NCBI GenBank assembly: GCA_963422265.1
Contig: OY729416.1
Coordinates: 1,024,001-1,088,000 of the forward strand
Direction: 5' to 3'
DNA: 64,000 nucleotides
Origin: Thermodesulfobacteriota bacterium
Lineage (GTDB): Bacteria; Desulfobacterota_D; UBA1144; Nemesobacterales; UBA2774
Shown: piece by piece, positions 26,329 through 39,348 of the stretch
Layout of the letters: every line of letters starts with the position of its first letter
Position numbering within the stretch: position 1 is the stretch's first letter
Notes under the pieces: model-generated
What the model saw: the letters and a program-made list of their open reading frames with translations, nothing else
What the model was told of the DNA's origin: nothing
Databases searched by the model: none
Position numbers and translations under genes: made by a program

Positions 26329-27504
26329 TTACTCATCCTGATCCTGTTCATACCTCTTAAAGTCGCACCCTACAATATTCATATAGGGAAAGAATAAGAA
26401 TAAACGGTTGCGACGGTTATTAGTCAGCTCTCTGAGAAGGTTTAACCGACAAAGATCATTGAGCATTTTCGCTACGGTTGGCGAAGAAAGATTGAGTTTG
26501 CGTTTTACGTGTGAAGCATTAACGATTGGCGTCTGAAAAAGCTCTTCTAAAAGTCTTAAATTATTACTCGCCCGTCCCCCTGTCCCACTCCTTATTGTTT
26601 CTTCCGTGTTTTCTTTGAGCTTGAGCGATTCTTGCAGAAGGTAAATGCTAAATTTTGCGGTTTTTTCAATACCTTCTAGGAAGAAAAGAAGCCATCCTGC
26701 TAAATTATTTTGTTGTCTGACCGCATCAAGTTTGTCGTAATATACTTGTCTATAAGATTCAAAAAATACGGAAGTGTAGAGTAAAGGCTTACTTAAAATC
26801 TTCTTCTCAACCAGAAAAAGGGGGATAATCATTCGTCCTACCCTTCCATTACCATCCAAAAAAGGATGAATTGTTTCAAATTGATAATGAGCAATACCAA
26901 TGCGGATCAAATCCGGAACCTTGAGCTTATCGTTGTTGAGAAATTTCTCTAAATCCGTCATTAAACCTGGCACTAGATTTTGATGAGGAGGGATAAAATG
27001 AGCCGTCTGTATAGAGCTTCCACCTATCCAATTTTGTGACGTTCGGAATTCTCCCGGTTTTTTCTCTCTGCCACGTCCTTTAGAAAGCAATATCCCGTGT
27101 AATTCTCTCATAAAACGGCTAGAGATAGGCAGTTGTTTTAGTTGTTCTAAACCATGCTTTATTGCTTTATTATACAATTGAACTTCAAGCCAATCATCCC
27201 GTTCTTCTAGGGATATATCTCTTTCTTCTTTGAAAGCGTCTTCAAAGCTTGTTCGCGTTCCTTCTATCTTACTTGAATAAGTAGCTTCCCCGCTGACAAA
27301 ACTAGAAATAAACAAGTCTATATTGGGAACAAGCTTCCCCATAGCGTTGAGTTCTCCAACAAATCGCGAAGATTTCTCAAGTTGCTGAGTCAAGGTTAAA
27401 TTGTCTATCTCTAATTCTTGATTGATGAAACTAGGAGAAAAAAAGTGGTATTTATAAGCTCCTATTTGACTGTAATTGCCGGAAATAAACGCTGATAATT
27501 TCAT
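26329..27504 (-). CDS. Fic-family protein with C-terminal wHTH
   Basis: SSKIEG, HPFLDGNGRVGR. Confidence 0.92.
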   Translation of the reverse strand: MKLSAFISGNYSQIGAYKYHFFSPSFINQELEIDNLTLTQQLEKSSRFVGELNAMGKLVPNIDLFISSFVSGEATYSSKIEGTRTSFEDAFKEERDISLEERDDWLEVQLYNKAIKHGLEQLKQLPISSRFMRELHGILLSKGRGREKKPGEFRTSQNWIGGSSIQTAHFIPPHQNLVPGLMTDLEKFLNNDKLKVPDLIRIGIAHYQFETIHPFLDGNGRVGRMIIPLFLVEKKILSKPLLYTSVFFESYRQVYYDKLDAVRQQNNLAGWLLFFLEGIEKTAKFSIYLLQESLKLKENTEETIRSGTGGRASNNLRLLEELFQTPIVNASHVKRKLNLSSPTVAKMLNDLCRLNLLRELTNNRRNRLFLFFPYMNIVGCDFKRYEQDQDE

Positions 27505-27617
27505 TATTTTTACTTTAACAAGAAAAAGTTAAATATAAAATTCTTTATTTTACTTTTTTGCACAAAAGTTAAATAAGGAACTGTTTATTTCATCTTTTAG
27601 AGTAAAAATGAATTATA
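27505..27617. promoter_or_regulatory. Three imperfect ~40-bp AT-rich repeats upstream of fic (possible operators)
   Basis: Units start TTATTT at ~27505, 27545 and 27585, each with an internal TTTACTT...AAGTTAAA-like dyad. Confidence 0.4.
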
Positions 27618-29133
27618 GATTTGACTTTATATTGTTTAAATTCTCCAAAATCCGCCTGTTAAGCTCCGCCTCTTCTTTAAGCTGCCCCTCAAACTCCGCC
27701 TTTAACTCCGCAAACCTCTCGCCAAAATCAAAGTCATCTTCCGTCTCCACCAAGCCCACGTAGCGACCTGGACTCAGCACGTAATCAAGCTCCCGAACCT
27801 TATCTATCGCAACGGAAGCGCAGAAGCCCGGAACGTCCTTGTATCCTCCCCCATCCTTCCGCCACTGATGGTAAGTATCGGCGATTTTCGCAATATCCTC
27901 ATCTGAAAATTCCCTTGTGCGCCTATTGATTAAATGCCCTAGATGCTGAGCGTCAATGAAAAGAATCTCTCCCAACCGATTTCTGTCGCCGTTAAAGCTG
28001 TGTCGCTTGTTGGAAAGAAACCACAGACAAGCCGGTATTTGGGTATTGAGAAATAGCTTCGTTGGCAAGTTGACGATACAATCAACAAGTCCTGCGTCCA
28101 CGAGATTCTTACGAATTACGTCCTCACCAGAAATTTTAGAAGTGAGTGAGCCCTTGGAAAGCACAAAGCCAGCAACCCCTTTTGGCGACAGGTGATGCAC
28201 GAAATGCTGCACCCAAGCGAAGTTTGCGTTTCCAGCCGGGGGCTTGCCATATTTCCATCTCCCGTCGTTTTGTAGCATCTCGCCGCTCCAGTCGCTATCG
28301 TTAAATGGTGGATTGGCGAGAATAAAATCCGCTCTTAGGTCGGGATGAACGTCTTTCAAGAACGATCCCTCGCCGTTCCATTTCACCTGCGAGCCGTCAA
28401 TTCTGCGAATGGCAAGATTCATTCGGCAAAGGCGGTAAGTAGTTTGATTGCTTTCCTGTCCAAAAATGGAAATATCGTTAAGCCGACCTTGGTGTTCACT
28501 TACAAACTTTTCGCTCATTATGAACATTCCACCACTGCCACAGCACGGGTCATACACGCGCCCCTTATACGGCTGGATCATTTCAACAAGCAACTGAACA
28601 ATTGACTTTGGCGTATAAAACTGCCCACCCTTCTTGCCTTCCGCTAAAGCGAATTCGCCCAAGAAGTATTCATAGACCCTGCCGAGAACATCCCTTGATT
28701 TCGCCGCTTCATCACCGAGCGCAATATCGCCAATAAGGTCAATCAACCCGCCAAGCGAATCCTTAGCGAGATTTTGCTTTGCATAAACAATGGGCAAAAT
28801 ACCCTTGAGAGTAAGATTCTCCTTTGCGATCGCATCCATAGCGCCATCTAAGTCCTTACCTATAGTCGGCAGTTTTGAGCGCGAGCGCAAATACGACCAG
28901 CGAGCTTCCTTAGGAACCCAGAATACGTTTTTTGCGGCGTATTCGTCCTTATCTTCTGGATCAGAATATTCATGCTCGCCCTTGCGTTCCTCTAGGCTAG
29001 CGTAAAGCTCTTCAAAAGAATCAGAGATGTATTTGAGGAATATCAAACCCAACACGATGTGCTTGTATTCCGCAGCGTCAACGTTCTTGCGCAGTTTGTC
29101 CGCCGCTTTGAAAAGCTGAGACTCAAAACTCAT
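27613..29133 (-). CDS. hsdM: Type I RM methyltransferase subunit
   Basis: [18 protein letters not shown]. Confidence 0.97.
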   Translation of the reverse strand: MSFESQLFKAADKLRKNVDAAEYKHIVLGLIFLKYISDSFEELYASLEERKGEHEYSDPEDKDEYAAKNVFWVPKEARWSYLRSRSKLPTIGKDLDGAMDAIAKENLTLKGILPIVYAKQNLAKDSLGGLIDLIGDIALGDEAAKSRDVLGRVYEYFLGEFALAEGKKGGQFYTPKSIVQLLVEMIQPYKGRVYDPCCGSGGMFIMSEKFVSEHQGRLNDISIFGQESNQTTYRLCRMNLAIRRIDGSQVKWNGEGSFLKDVHPDLRADFILANPPFNDSDWSGEMLQNDGRWKYGKPPAGNANFAWVQHFVHHLSPKGVAGFVLSKGSLTSKISGEDVIRKNLVDAGLVDCIVNLPTKLFLNTQIPACLWFLSNKRHSFNGDRNRLGEILFIDAQHLGHLINRRTREFSDEDIAKIADTYHQWRKDGGGYKDVPGFCASVAIDKVRELDYVLSPGRYVGLVETEDDFDFGERFAELKAEFEGQLKEEAELNRRILENLNNIKSNL

Positions 29134-29243
29134 GGCTACTCCGCCCTAAATTTATGTTATAAAATTTTCTCATAGCTGTTAAGAAGTATCGTTAATTTGG
29201 GGTAAGAAGGGAAGAAATAAGTTCAGGGTGACGGGCGGCGGCG

Positions 29244-30527
29244 TTACGGAGAGATTATGCGCACCCCGTTCATATAGGGAATCAGTACCTCTGGAATTTT
29301 AACCGTTCCATCCTTTTCCTGATAATTTTCTAAAATCGCTATTACCGTCCTCCCAACGGCGAGACCCGAGCCGTTTAGCGTATGGATGAACCTAGGCTTG
29401 CCCCCGCCCTTAGGTCTATACCTTATAGACGCCCTTCTTGCCTGAAAATCCTCAAAGTTGCTACAGGAAGAGATTTCCCTATACGTGTTTTCACTTGGAA
29501 TCCATACCTCTATATCATAAGTCTTAGCAGAAGAAAACCCCATATCACCAGCGCAAAGAAGAACAACGCGGTATGGCAATCCAAGAAGCTCAAGCACGCA
29601 AACGGCATCTTTAGTAAGAGACTCATGCTCGTCATAAGAGACTTCAGGACTAGAGAATTTAACAAGCTCAACTTTGTTGAACTGATGCTGCCTTATAATG
29701 CCCCGAACGTCTTTGCCATAAGAACCAGCCTCACTCCTGAAGCATGGAGTGTAGGCTACGTATTTTACTGGCAGCTCAGCTTCATTTAGAATCTCATCCC
29801 TGTGAATATTAGTTACGGGAACTTCAGCAGTCGGCACGAGGTAAAAGTCCGTTCCCGCAATCTTAAACAGGTCCTCCTCAAACTTGGGCAAATTACCGGT
29901 TCCTATAAAACTCGCTTTATTAGCCATAAACGGCGGGAGAATCTCTGTGTAGCCGTGCTCGCCGACATGTATATCTATCATAAAATTGATAAGAGCCCTC
30001 TCGAGCCTCGCCCCAAGCCCTTTGTAAAGCGCAAATCGCGCCCCTGCTATCTTGGACGCCGTATCAAGGTCAAGAATATCAAGCGCCTTCCCAATCTCGA
30101 CGTGATCCCTAGGCTCAAAGTCAAACCCCCTCTTCTCACCCCACCTCTTCACTTCTACGTTGTCAACGTCCGAGCTTCCGACTGGCACCGTATCGTGCGG
30201 AACGTTAGGAACGGTAAGTAGAAAATCTCTAAACTTTTCTTCAGACCTAGCCCTTTCCTCTCCAAGCTCCTTTATCCTATCTGACAAAACCTTAAGCTCC
30301 GCCTGAAGAGCCTGAGCCTCTTGATTTCTTGCCCCTCTCCTGAGCGCTCCCACCTTTTTTGAGCCAACGTTTCTTTTATGCTCAAGATCTTCTACTTCCT
30401 TAATGATCCGCCTACGCCCCTCGTTCAGTGAGATAACAATATCCAAGTTGACTTGCGCCCCGCGATATTTAAGCCTCTTCTTTACCGTATCAAGATTTTC
30501 TTCTATGAATTTCGCGTCCAGCATCAT
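29244..30527 (-). CDS. serS: Seryl-tRNA synthetase
   Basis: [34 protein letters not shown]. Confidence 0.97.
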   Translation of the reverse strand: MMLDAKFIEENLDTVKKRLKYRGAQVNLDIVISLNEGRRRIIKEVEDLEHKRNVGSKKVGALRRGARNQEAQALQAELKVLSDRIKELGEERARSEEKFRDFLLTVPNVPHDTVPVGSSDVDNVEVKRWGEKRGFDFEPRDHVEIGKALDILDLDTASKIAGARFALYKGLGARLERALINFMIDIHVGEHGYTEILPPFMANKASFIGTGNLPKFEEDLFKIAGTDFYLVPTAEVPVTNIHRDEILNEAELPVKYVAYTPCFRSEAGSYGKDVRGIIRQHQFNKVELVKFSSPEVSYDEHESLTKDAVCVLELLGLPYRVVLLCAGDMGFSSAKTYDIEVWIPSENTYREISSCSNFEDFQARRASIRYRPKGGGKPRFIHTLNGSGLAVGRTVIAILENYQEKDGTVKIPEVLIPYMNGVRIISP

Positions 30528-30684
30528 ATATCCTTTTGTCGAGGAATCTCACCACCTGATCCTCATGTTAAATATATACGCAGATTATAAGAATTAACAC
30601 AGCGTTTAACATGTTGTATGATTAAGTATAGACAGGTAAAATAGCCGTTTTATACTATTGCATTTATCATATAGGAGAGGACAA

Positions 30685-31404
30685 TTGAAAAAATTAGGTA
30701 AAGATATAGACATAACTTATATGGGACATGCCACCTTTATAATTAAATCCGTCGCGGGAAAAATGCTTTTGATAGACCCTTGGGTAGATGGAAACCCATC
30801 CTGCCCGGACGAGCTCAAAAAGATTGAGCATTTAGACTTAGTAGCCGTAACCCACGCTCATTTTGACCACTTAGGGGACGGCGTCCAAATATGCACAGAG
30901 CATCAGCCCAAGATAGTAGGAATAATTGAGACGTGCCAGTGGCTCAACTCCAAGGGCGTTGAAAACACACTTCCAATGAACAAGGGCGGTACTCAAGAAG
31001 TAGAAGGCATTAAGTTTACAATGGTTAACGCAGTCCACAGCGGGGGAATACAGGAAGAGGATGGAACTATAATATATGGCGGCGATCCATCGGGGCTCGT
31101 AATAGAGTTTGAGAATGGATTTAAGGTATATCACGCTGGGGATACGGCAGTCTTCGGAGATATGAAGCTAATCGCCGACATCTATAAACCCGAACTCGCA
31201 ATCCTGCCCATCGGAGATTTATTCACTATGTCGCCCCTTGAGGCAGCTTATGCTTGTAAGCTCTTATTGCCCAAATACGTGATACCTATGCATTACGGAA
31301 CCTTCCCGGGTCTAACAGGAACCCCGTCAAGATTTAGAGAGCTCGCCGAGGGTATTGACGGACTAGAAATTATAGAGATGAACCCGGGTGAAACGCTAAC
31401 CTAA
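30685..31404 (+). CDS. Metallo-beta-lactamase-fold hydrolase (UPF0173-like)
   Basis: THAHFDH, YHAGDT, PMHYGTF; probable TTG start after GGAG. Confidence 0.9.
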   Translation: MKKLGKDIDITYMGHATFIIKSVAGKMLLIDPWVDGNPSCPDELKKIEHLDLVAVTHAHFDHLGDGVQICTEHQPKIVGIIETCQWLNSKGVENTLPMNKGGTQEVEGIKFTMVNAVHSGGIQEEDGTIIYGGDPSGLVIEFENGFKVYHAGDTAVFGDMKLIADIYKPELAILPIGDLFTMSPLEAAYACKLLLPKYVIPMHYGTFPGLTGTPSRFRELAEGIDGLEIIEMNPGETLT

Positions 31405-31427
31405 GACGCATATAGCCAAGCAAAACC

Positions 31428-32762
31428 ATGTTTGAAGGAATATCGGAAAAACTCAACGTTACCTTAAAGAAGGTCAGGGGCTACGGCAAGCTTAGTGAAA
31501 AGAATATTCAGGAGACCTTAAAAGAGGTGCGCCTTAGCCTACTTGAGGCTGACGTTAACTTTAAGGTCGTAAGAGAATTCGTTAGCTCGGTAAAAGACCG
31601 CTCTTTGGGGCAAGAGGTAATGCAGAGCCTCACGCCGGGACAGCAATTCGTTAAAATCGTGCACGAGGAGCTTATTAAGGTCTTAGGAAACGAGAACTCG
31701 GAACTTGATCTAAGAACCACACCCCCAGTCGGGATAATGCTAGTGGGGCTTCAAGGTTCTGGTAAGACCACAACCGCATCGAAACTCGCAAAACATCTAA
31801 AAGAGAAATTGGGTAGAAATCCTTATCTCGTCCCGGCTGACGTTTATAGGCCGGCAGCCGTAGAACAGTTAAAGATTCTTTCAAGACAGGTTGGGGTTGA
31901 CGTCTTTGACACGCACCCGGGATCAAAGCCTGCTGATATTTGTTCGGAGGCTATGGAATTGGCGCGCCGGAGCGCCTATGACGTTGTGATCTTTGACACC
32001 GCAGGACGACTTCACGTTGACGATGAGTTAATGAATGAGCTTAAAGACATAAAGGCTCTGGTTAATCCTCACCAGGTGTTACTAGTGGCGGACGCAATGA
32101 CCGGTCAGGACGCCGTCAACGTCTCCTCAAGCTTTAACGAAGCCATAGAAATAAACGGAGTAGTCTTAACCAAGATGGACGGTGATGCAAGGGGCGGGGC
32201 GGCGCTATCAATCAAAGCCGTAACCGGGAAACCGATCAAGTTCTTTGGCACGGGAGAAAAGCTTGAAGCCCTTGAAGTCTTTTACCCTGATAGGATTGCG
32301 TCTCGCATCTTGGGCATGGGCGACGTCCTTACGTTTATAGAAAAGGCTCAAGCCGCCTTTGAAGATAAAAAAGCTGAGGAGATGGCTAAAAAGTTCCTCA
32401 AAAAGCAATTTTCCCTAGCAGACTTTAGGGAAGCGATGCTGACGATGAATAAGGTAGGCTCACTTGAAAGTATGTCTCAAATGCTTCCGGGCATGAAGCA
32501 GATAGCTAATAATCCAAAAGCTATGGAGACGGCTGAAAGGGAACTTAAAAAGACGTTAGCCATAATCAATTCTATGACGCCTAAGGAAAGGCTTAATCAT
32601 ACAATCCTTAATGGAAAGAGGAGAAAAAGAATCGCCAAGGGAAGCGGAACTAGCGTGCAAGACATAAATAGAATGATAAAAAACTACATGCAGATGAGAA
32701 ACATGATGAAAAACATGGGGGGAATGGGTAAGATAGCTAAAAGAATGATGAAGGCAATGTAG
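31428..32762 (+). CDS. ffh: Signal recognition particle protein
   Basis: GLQGSGKTT, DTAGR, TKMDGDARGG, Met-rich M domain. Confidence 0.97.
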   Translation: MFEGISEKLNVTLKKVRGYGKLSEKNIQETLKEVRLSLLEADVNFKVVREFVSSVKDRSLGQEVMQSLTPGQQFVKIVHEELIKVLGNENSELDLRTTPPVGIMLVGLQGSGKTTTASKLAKHLKEKLGRNPYLVPADVYRPAAVEQLKILSRQVGVDVFDTHPGSKPADICSEAMELARRSAYDVVIFDTAGRLHVDDELMNELKDIKALVNPHQVLLVADAMTGQDAVNVSSSFNEAIEINGVVLTKMDGDARGGAALSIKAVTGKPIKFFGTGEKLEALEVFYPDRIASRILGMGDVLTFIEKAQAAFEDKKAEEMAKKFLKKQFSLADFREAMLTMNKVGSLESMSQMLPGMKQIANNPKAMETAERELKKTLAIINSMTPKERLNHTILNGKRRKRIAKGSGTSVQDINRMIKNYMQMRNMMKNMGGMGKIAKRMMKAM

Positions 32763-32831
32763 CGCATATAATCGCGTCAGTAACTGAAAATAGGTAAGGC
32801 AAAATAAGCATAAACAAGGAGGCGTCAATAG

Positions 32832-33080
32832 TTGGTAAAAATAAGGCTTACGAGAATCGGTTCGAAGAAGAGACCATTTTACAGGATTGTGGCAGCCGAC
32901 TCGCGCTCGCCCCGCGACGGAAAGTTTCTTGAGATACTGGGATACTATGACCCCCGCAGGAAACCACACGTCCTAGAAGTCAACACCGACAGGGTGCAGG
33001 ATTGGCTTCAGAAAGGAGCACAAACAAGCGAAAGAGTTGGGAAGCTAATTTCATCTCTCAAACCAAATGAATTGAGCTAA
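32832..33080 (+). CDS. rpsP: 30S ribosomal protein S16
   Basis: [24 protein letters not shown]. Confidence 0.97.
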   Translation: MVKIRLTRIGSKKRPFYRIVAADSRSPRDGKFLEILGYYDPRRKPHVLEVNTDRVQDWLQKGAQTSERVGKLISSLKPNELS

Positions 33081-33175
33081 AATGGGTTAAAGGTCTCACA
33101 ACACAAGTAAGTGATAGCGAACAAAACAGGAAGGCGTCAGACCACAACAAATTGTCAGACAGGGAGGTATCAGAC

Positions 33176-33418
33176 ATGGAACAGCTAAAGGAGCTTGTAA
33201 CCTATATCGCTAAGGCTTTAGTAGATAATCCGGATAAAGTGGAGGTTCACGAAATCGCGGGTGAACAGACGTCGGTAATTGAACTAAGGGTTGAACAAAG
33301 CGACCTAGGTAAAATTATTGGCAAACAGGGGAAAACCGCCAGGGCGATTAGAACAATTCTGGGCGCGGCGGCTTCTAAGATGAAGAAAAGAGCCGTCTTG
33401 GAAATCCTCGAGGATTAG
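33176..33418 (+). CDS. khpA: KH-domain RNA-binding protein
   Basis: [18 protein letters not shown]; between rpsP and rimM. Confidence 0.92.
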   Translation: MEQLKELVTYIAKALVDNPDKVEVHEIAGEQTSVIELRVEQSDLGKIIGKQGKTARAIRTILGAAASKMKKRAVLEILED

Positions 33419-33437
33419 GCGTTCCTATCGTAGAGAT

Positions 33438-33947
33438 ATGGGGTTAATTCGTTATGGGACGATTGTCAAGCTACACGGGCTTTCTGGAGAGGTAAAGTTG
33501 CTACCGCTTAGCCATAGCTTAGATAATATCGCAAGGCTGGAAAGAATTTTTATAGAAAGCGCCCCGGGTGAGAAAGCCCAAGAGTTTCGCATTGTCCGAG
33601 CAAGAATCCAAAAAGATTGGGCAATAGTAAAGCTAAAAGGAGTTGAATCACCAAATCGGGCTGAGAAGCTAAAAGGAGCGGTGGCTTACGTAGAAGCTTC
33701 TGAACTGACGGAGCTAGAGAACGATGAATATTACTGGTTTGAGCTGATAGGCCTTGAGGTATATACCGAGAATGGACGTTACATAGGAAAAGTTGAAAAT
33801 TTAATTGAAAGAGCGTTACAAAGCCTGCTAATAGTAAAAAACGAAGAACAAGAAACTTTAATCCCCTTAACCGAGCCTTTCATTAAAACTATAAACCTTG
33901 AAGAGTCAAAAATAATAATCTCTCCGATTCAAGGACTTCTCGAGTAA
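33438..33947 (+). CDS. rimM: Ribosome maturation factor
   Basis: HGLSGEVK, EYYWFELIGL; synteny. Confidence 0.92.
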   Translation: MGLIRYGTIVKLHGLSGEVKLLPLSHSLDNIARLERIFIESAPGEKAQEFRIVRARIQKDWAIVKLKGVESPNRAEKLKGAVAYVEASELTELENDEYYWFELIGLEVYTENGRYIGKVENLIERALQSLLIVKNEEQETLIPLTEPFIKTINLEESKIIISPIQGLLE

Positions 33948-34171
33948 AAGAATAAATCCACAGACTACTTAGATGAATGCAAATGACTATATTCACCATA
34001 TTGAATCAAGCCTGTACTGAACTCGTTTAAGGAATTAAGCATTCAGCACAAGTTTTCAACCAATGAGGGAAATCAATTCTGTTAGCAAAGTGAAGGAACA
34101 ATCTGGATCCCTCAGCTACCTACTAGATGAAATCCCGTCCTGATAGGAGAAGAGAAAAAGCGAGCAATAGT

Positions 34172-35473
34172 ATGAGATATGATATTCTGACGATTTTTCC
34201 GGACTTCTTTGAATCAATCTTCTCGTTTGGAATGATTAAGAAGGCTCAAGAGAAAGGCATAATAAAAATTAACGCGCACGACGTAAGAGACTTTTCCACA
34301 GATAAGCACCGAACCGTTGACGATGCCCCTTACGGAGGCGGGGGTGGAATGTTGATGAAACCCGAACCTATAGGCGCGGCGATAGAGACAATACGAGGTT
34401 ACGATACAAAATCCCTAGTTATTCTTACAACGCCTGCTGGAGAAAAATTCTCGGACCGTATTGCCAGAGAACTTGCCGAATACGAACAGCTTGTAGTTAT
34501 CTGCGGAAGGTATGAAGGAATTGACGAGAGGGTCAGTCAACTGTACGTGGACAGGCAAATCTCAATAGGCGACTACGTGCTCACGGGGGGCGAATACGCC
34601 GCAAGCATAATAATTGACGGCGTTTCAAGGTTTATACCTGGAGTCTTAGGGAATGAATCATCCTCCGAAAACGACTCGTTCAAAGGGGGACTATTAGAAT
34701 ATCCCCAATACACGAGACCCGAAACCTACATGGGAGAGAAGGTCCCCGAAGTCCTTATATCTGGAAATCATAAAGAGATAGTGGAATGGAGAAGGGCGAA
34801 GAGCCTTGAAAAAACCTTTAGAAAAAGACCTGACCTGATAGACAGGGTAAAACTCGGCGCCGAGGACCTAAGGCTAGTAAAGGGACTAAAAAAAGCTAAT
34901 TCGCCTTATCTCAAAACGTATATTGCACTAGTTCATTACCCAGTATATAATAAAAAGTTAAAAATAGTTACGACCGCGTTTACTAATTTAGACTTGCACG
35001 ACATAGCTAGAGCGGGCGCTACGTATGGTATAAGGAAGTTTTACCTAGCACAGCCAAATCCCGAACAGCAAGAGTTAGCCAACCGCGTCCTAAGGCACTG
35101 GTCAGAGGAGGAAGCAGCTTTATTTAATAAGTCGAGAGCTGAAGCCCTTGGTATCGTAGAGATCAGAAGTTCAGTTGAGGAAATTATAGACGATATTGAG
35201 AGAATGGAAAACAAGCGTCCCAAGCTAATAGTAACGGACGCCAGAGCAAAAGAGGGCATGAGCGGGTACAGTGAGCTAAGAGACATCATGTTTTCAAGCG
35301 GTGAGCAACCTTATCTAATTTTGTTCGGAACCGGCTGGGGTTTATCAGAAGAAATTATGGAGAGTGCGGATTACTCCCTGAAACCCGTAAGCGGCTATAC
35401 GGACTATAATCACCTTTCGGTTAGAAGTGCAGCGGCTATTATTCTTGATAGATTATTTTCATGTAAAATATAG
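34172..35473 (+). CDS. trmD: tRNA (guanine-N1)-methyltransferase fused to a C-terminal SPOUT (DUF2168-like) domain
   Basis: [33 protein letters not shown]; then [35 protein letters not shown]. Confidence 0.92.
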   Translation: MRYDILTIFPDFFESIFSFGMIKKAQEKGIIKINAHDVRDFSTDKHRTVDDAPYGGGGGMLMKPEPIGAAIETIRGYDTKSLVILTTPAGEKFSDRIARELAEYEQLVVICGRYEGIDERVSQLYVDRQISIGDYVLTGGEYAASIIIDGVSRFIPGVLGNESSSENDSFKGGLLEYPQYTRPETYMGEKVPEVLISGNHKEIVEWRRAKSLEKTFRKRPDLIDRVKLGAEDLRLVKGLKKANSPYLKTYIALVHYPVYNKKLKIVTTAFTNLDLHDIARAGATYGIRKFYLAQPNPEQQELANRVLRHWSEEEAALFNKSRAEALGIVEIRSSVEEIIDDIERMENKRPKLIVTDARAKEGMSGYSELRDIMFSSGEQPYLILFGTGWGLSEEIMESADYSLKPVSGYTDYNHLSVRSAAAIILDRLFSCKI

Positions 35474-35489
35474 GCGTAGGAGAATTCAA

Positions 35490-35863
35490 ATGAGCGTTAT
35501 AAGAGAGCTAGAAAAAACTATAATGAGGCAAGATTTATCTGAATTCCGGGCGGGCGACACTGTTGCCGTCCACTACAAAATTAAAGAGGGCAACAGGGAA
35601 AGAATACAAATATTCGAGGGCATCGTCATTGCGAAAAAAGGGGGTGGAGCTAGAGAGACTTTTCTCGTTAGAAAGGTCTCATACGGGGTCGGCGTCGAGA
35701 GAATATTCCCCCTTCACTCACCACTCATGACAAAATTGAAGTAAAAAGACTGGGTAAAGTAAGAAGGGCTAAACTTTATTATCTCAGGGGACGTTCAAAG
35801 AAAGCCAGCAGAATTAAAGAGAGAGCAAGGTCAGGAAATGCCAAGGCGAAATCCAGGCAATAA
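35490..35863 (+). CDS. rplS: 50S ribosomal protein L19 (apparent 1-nt deletion near 35728)
   Basis: [37 protein letters not shown] continues in another frame. Confidence 0.9.
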
Positions 35864-35880
35864 AGGCTTTTTTTCATTCC

Positions 35881-36085
35881 CCATCATTCCTGCGAAAGCA
35901 GGAATCTAGAAGGAAGACTCTCGTTCCCCCTTCCTCTATCAAATCTCCCTATATCCTCCTTTTTCAAAGGGGGAGTATGTAGAGAAGGATTATCATCCTC
36001 CTATCCCATTTCTGGATTCCCGCTCGGGGGCGGGAATGATGGAAAGCACCCTCACCCTTGCCCTGAGGGGAAAAGACGGGATTTC
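35881..36085. repeat. 205-bp composite REP-like unit, copy 1
   Basis: ATTCCTGC-GAAA-GCAGGAAT and ATTCCCGC...GCGGGAAT hairpins; 3 mismatches to copy 2. Confidence 0.9.
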
Positions 36086-36271
36086 ACAGTTGCGCTTCGC
36101 CCCCCCCCCAGTGGGTTTCAGAGAGTTAGGAAGGATATTCCCCTCCTTTTGTAAAGGAGGGTTAGGGTGGATTTTCTTTTTACCCGTAGAGGCGGTTGCC
36201 CACCCTAAGGTAAAGATAAGGGTAACTACAAGGGTGACCCTACAAAATGATGGGGTGGAAATGAGTGGAAA

Positions 36272-36476
36272 CCATCATTCCTGCGAAAGCAGGAATCTAG
36301 AAGGAAGACTCTCGTTCCCCCTTCCTCTATCAAATCCCCCTATATCCTCCTTTTTCAAAGGGGGAGTATGTAGAGAAGGATTCTCATCCTCCTATCCCAT
36401 TTCTGGATTCCCGCTCGGGGGCGGGAATGATGGAAAGCACCCTCACCCTTACCCTGAGGGGAAAAGACGGGATTTC
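36272..36476. repeat. 205-bp composite REP-like unit, copy 2
   Basis: Direct repeat of 35881-36085. Confidence 0.9.
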
Positions 36477-36658
36477 TCTATAGTAATGACGTATGTAGCG
36501 CAAACCCTTGTGGGAATGCCCCGAGGAACTGGTAAGAGTTCGGTTTGAAATGACAAAAGAGGGATTCTTGTATGGGTCAGGCTTTCGGACGAGCCATCTG
36601 GGAAGCGGGCGAATAAACGCTAATGAGATTCTGAAACAATTTTAGAATGGCGCCTGCC

Positions 36659-36925
36659 CTAACTTTCTACAACCTCTTCAGTAAGGACATTGACTTTATC
36701 ATCCCTGACGTCAGCCAGACCACCTTGAACTATGATTCTCGTTTCCGCCCCACCCTTTTTGTATCTAAGTTCGCCGTCCATGAGAGTAGTAATGAAAGGT
36801 GCGTGCCCAGGCAGAACGCCGAATTCCCCTGCCTCGCCGGGAGCGACAACCTCTTCTACCTGCTCATCTACAACGAGTTTAAAAGGAGTAATTACCTTTA
36901 GATGAATTGCATCCGCCAACTCCAT
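36659..36925 (-). CDS. atpC: ATP synthase epsilon (short, beta-sandwich only)
   Basis: GEFGVLPGHAPFIT; follows atpD. Confidence 0.92.
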   Translation of the reverse strand: MELADAIHLKVITPFKLVVDEQVEEVVAPGEAGEFGVLPGHAPFITTLMDGELRYKKGGAETRIIVQGGLADVRDDKVNVLTEEVVES

Positions 36926-36999
36926 TACCTCCTCTGCACATTACAAAACCTCAAGCGCCGTTATCCATAAGTTTTCACGGGCGGCGGTCTCTAGCGCAT

Positions 37000-39316
<2,317 letters not shown>

Positions 39317-39348
39317 AAGTTGCTCTTCCGTCTACTGGGAGAATTGAC

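Noticed and set aside
36036-36548. 170-aa ORF
   Set aside because: Runs through REP-like repeats; no recognisable protein features.
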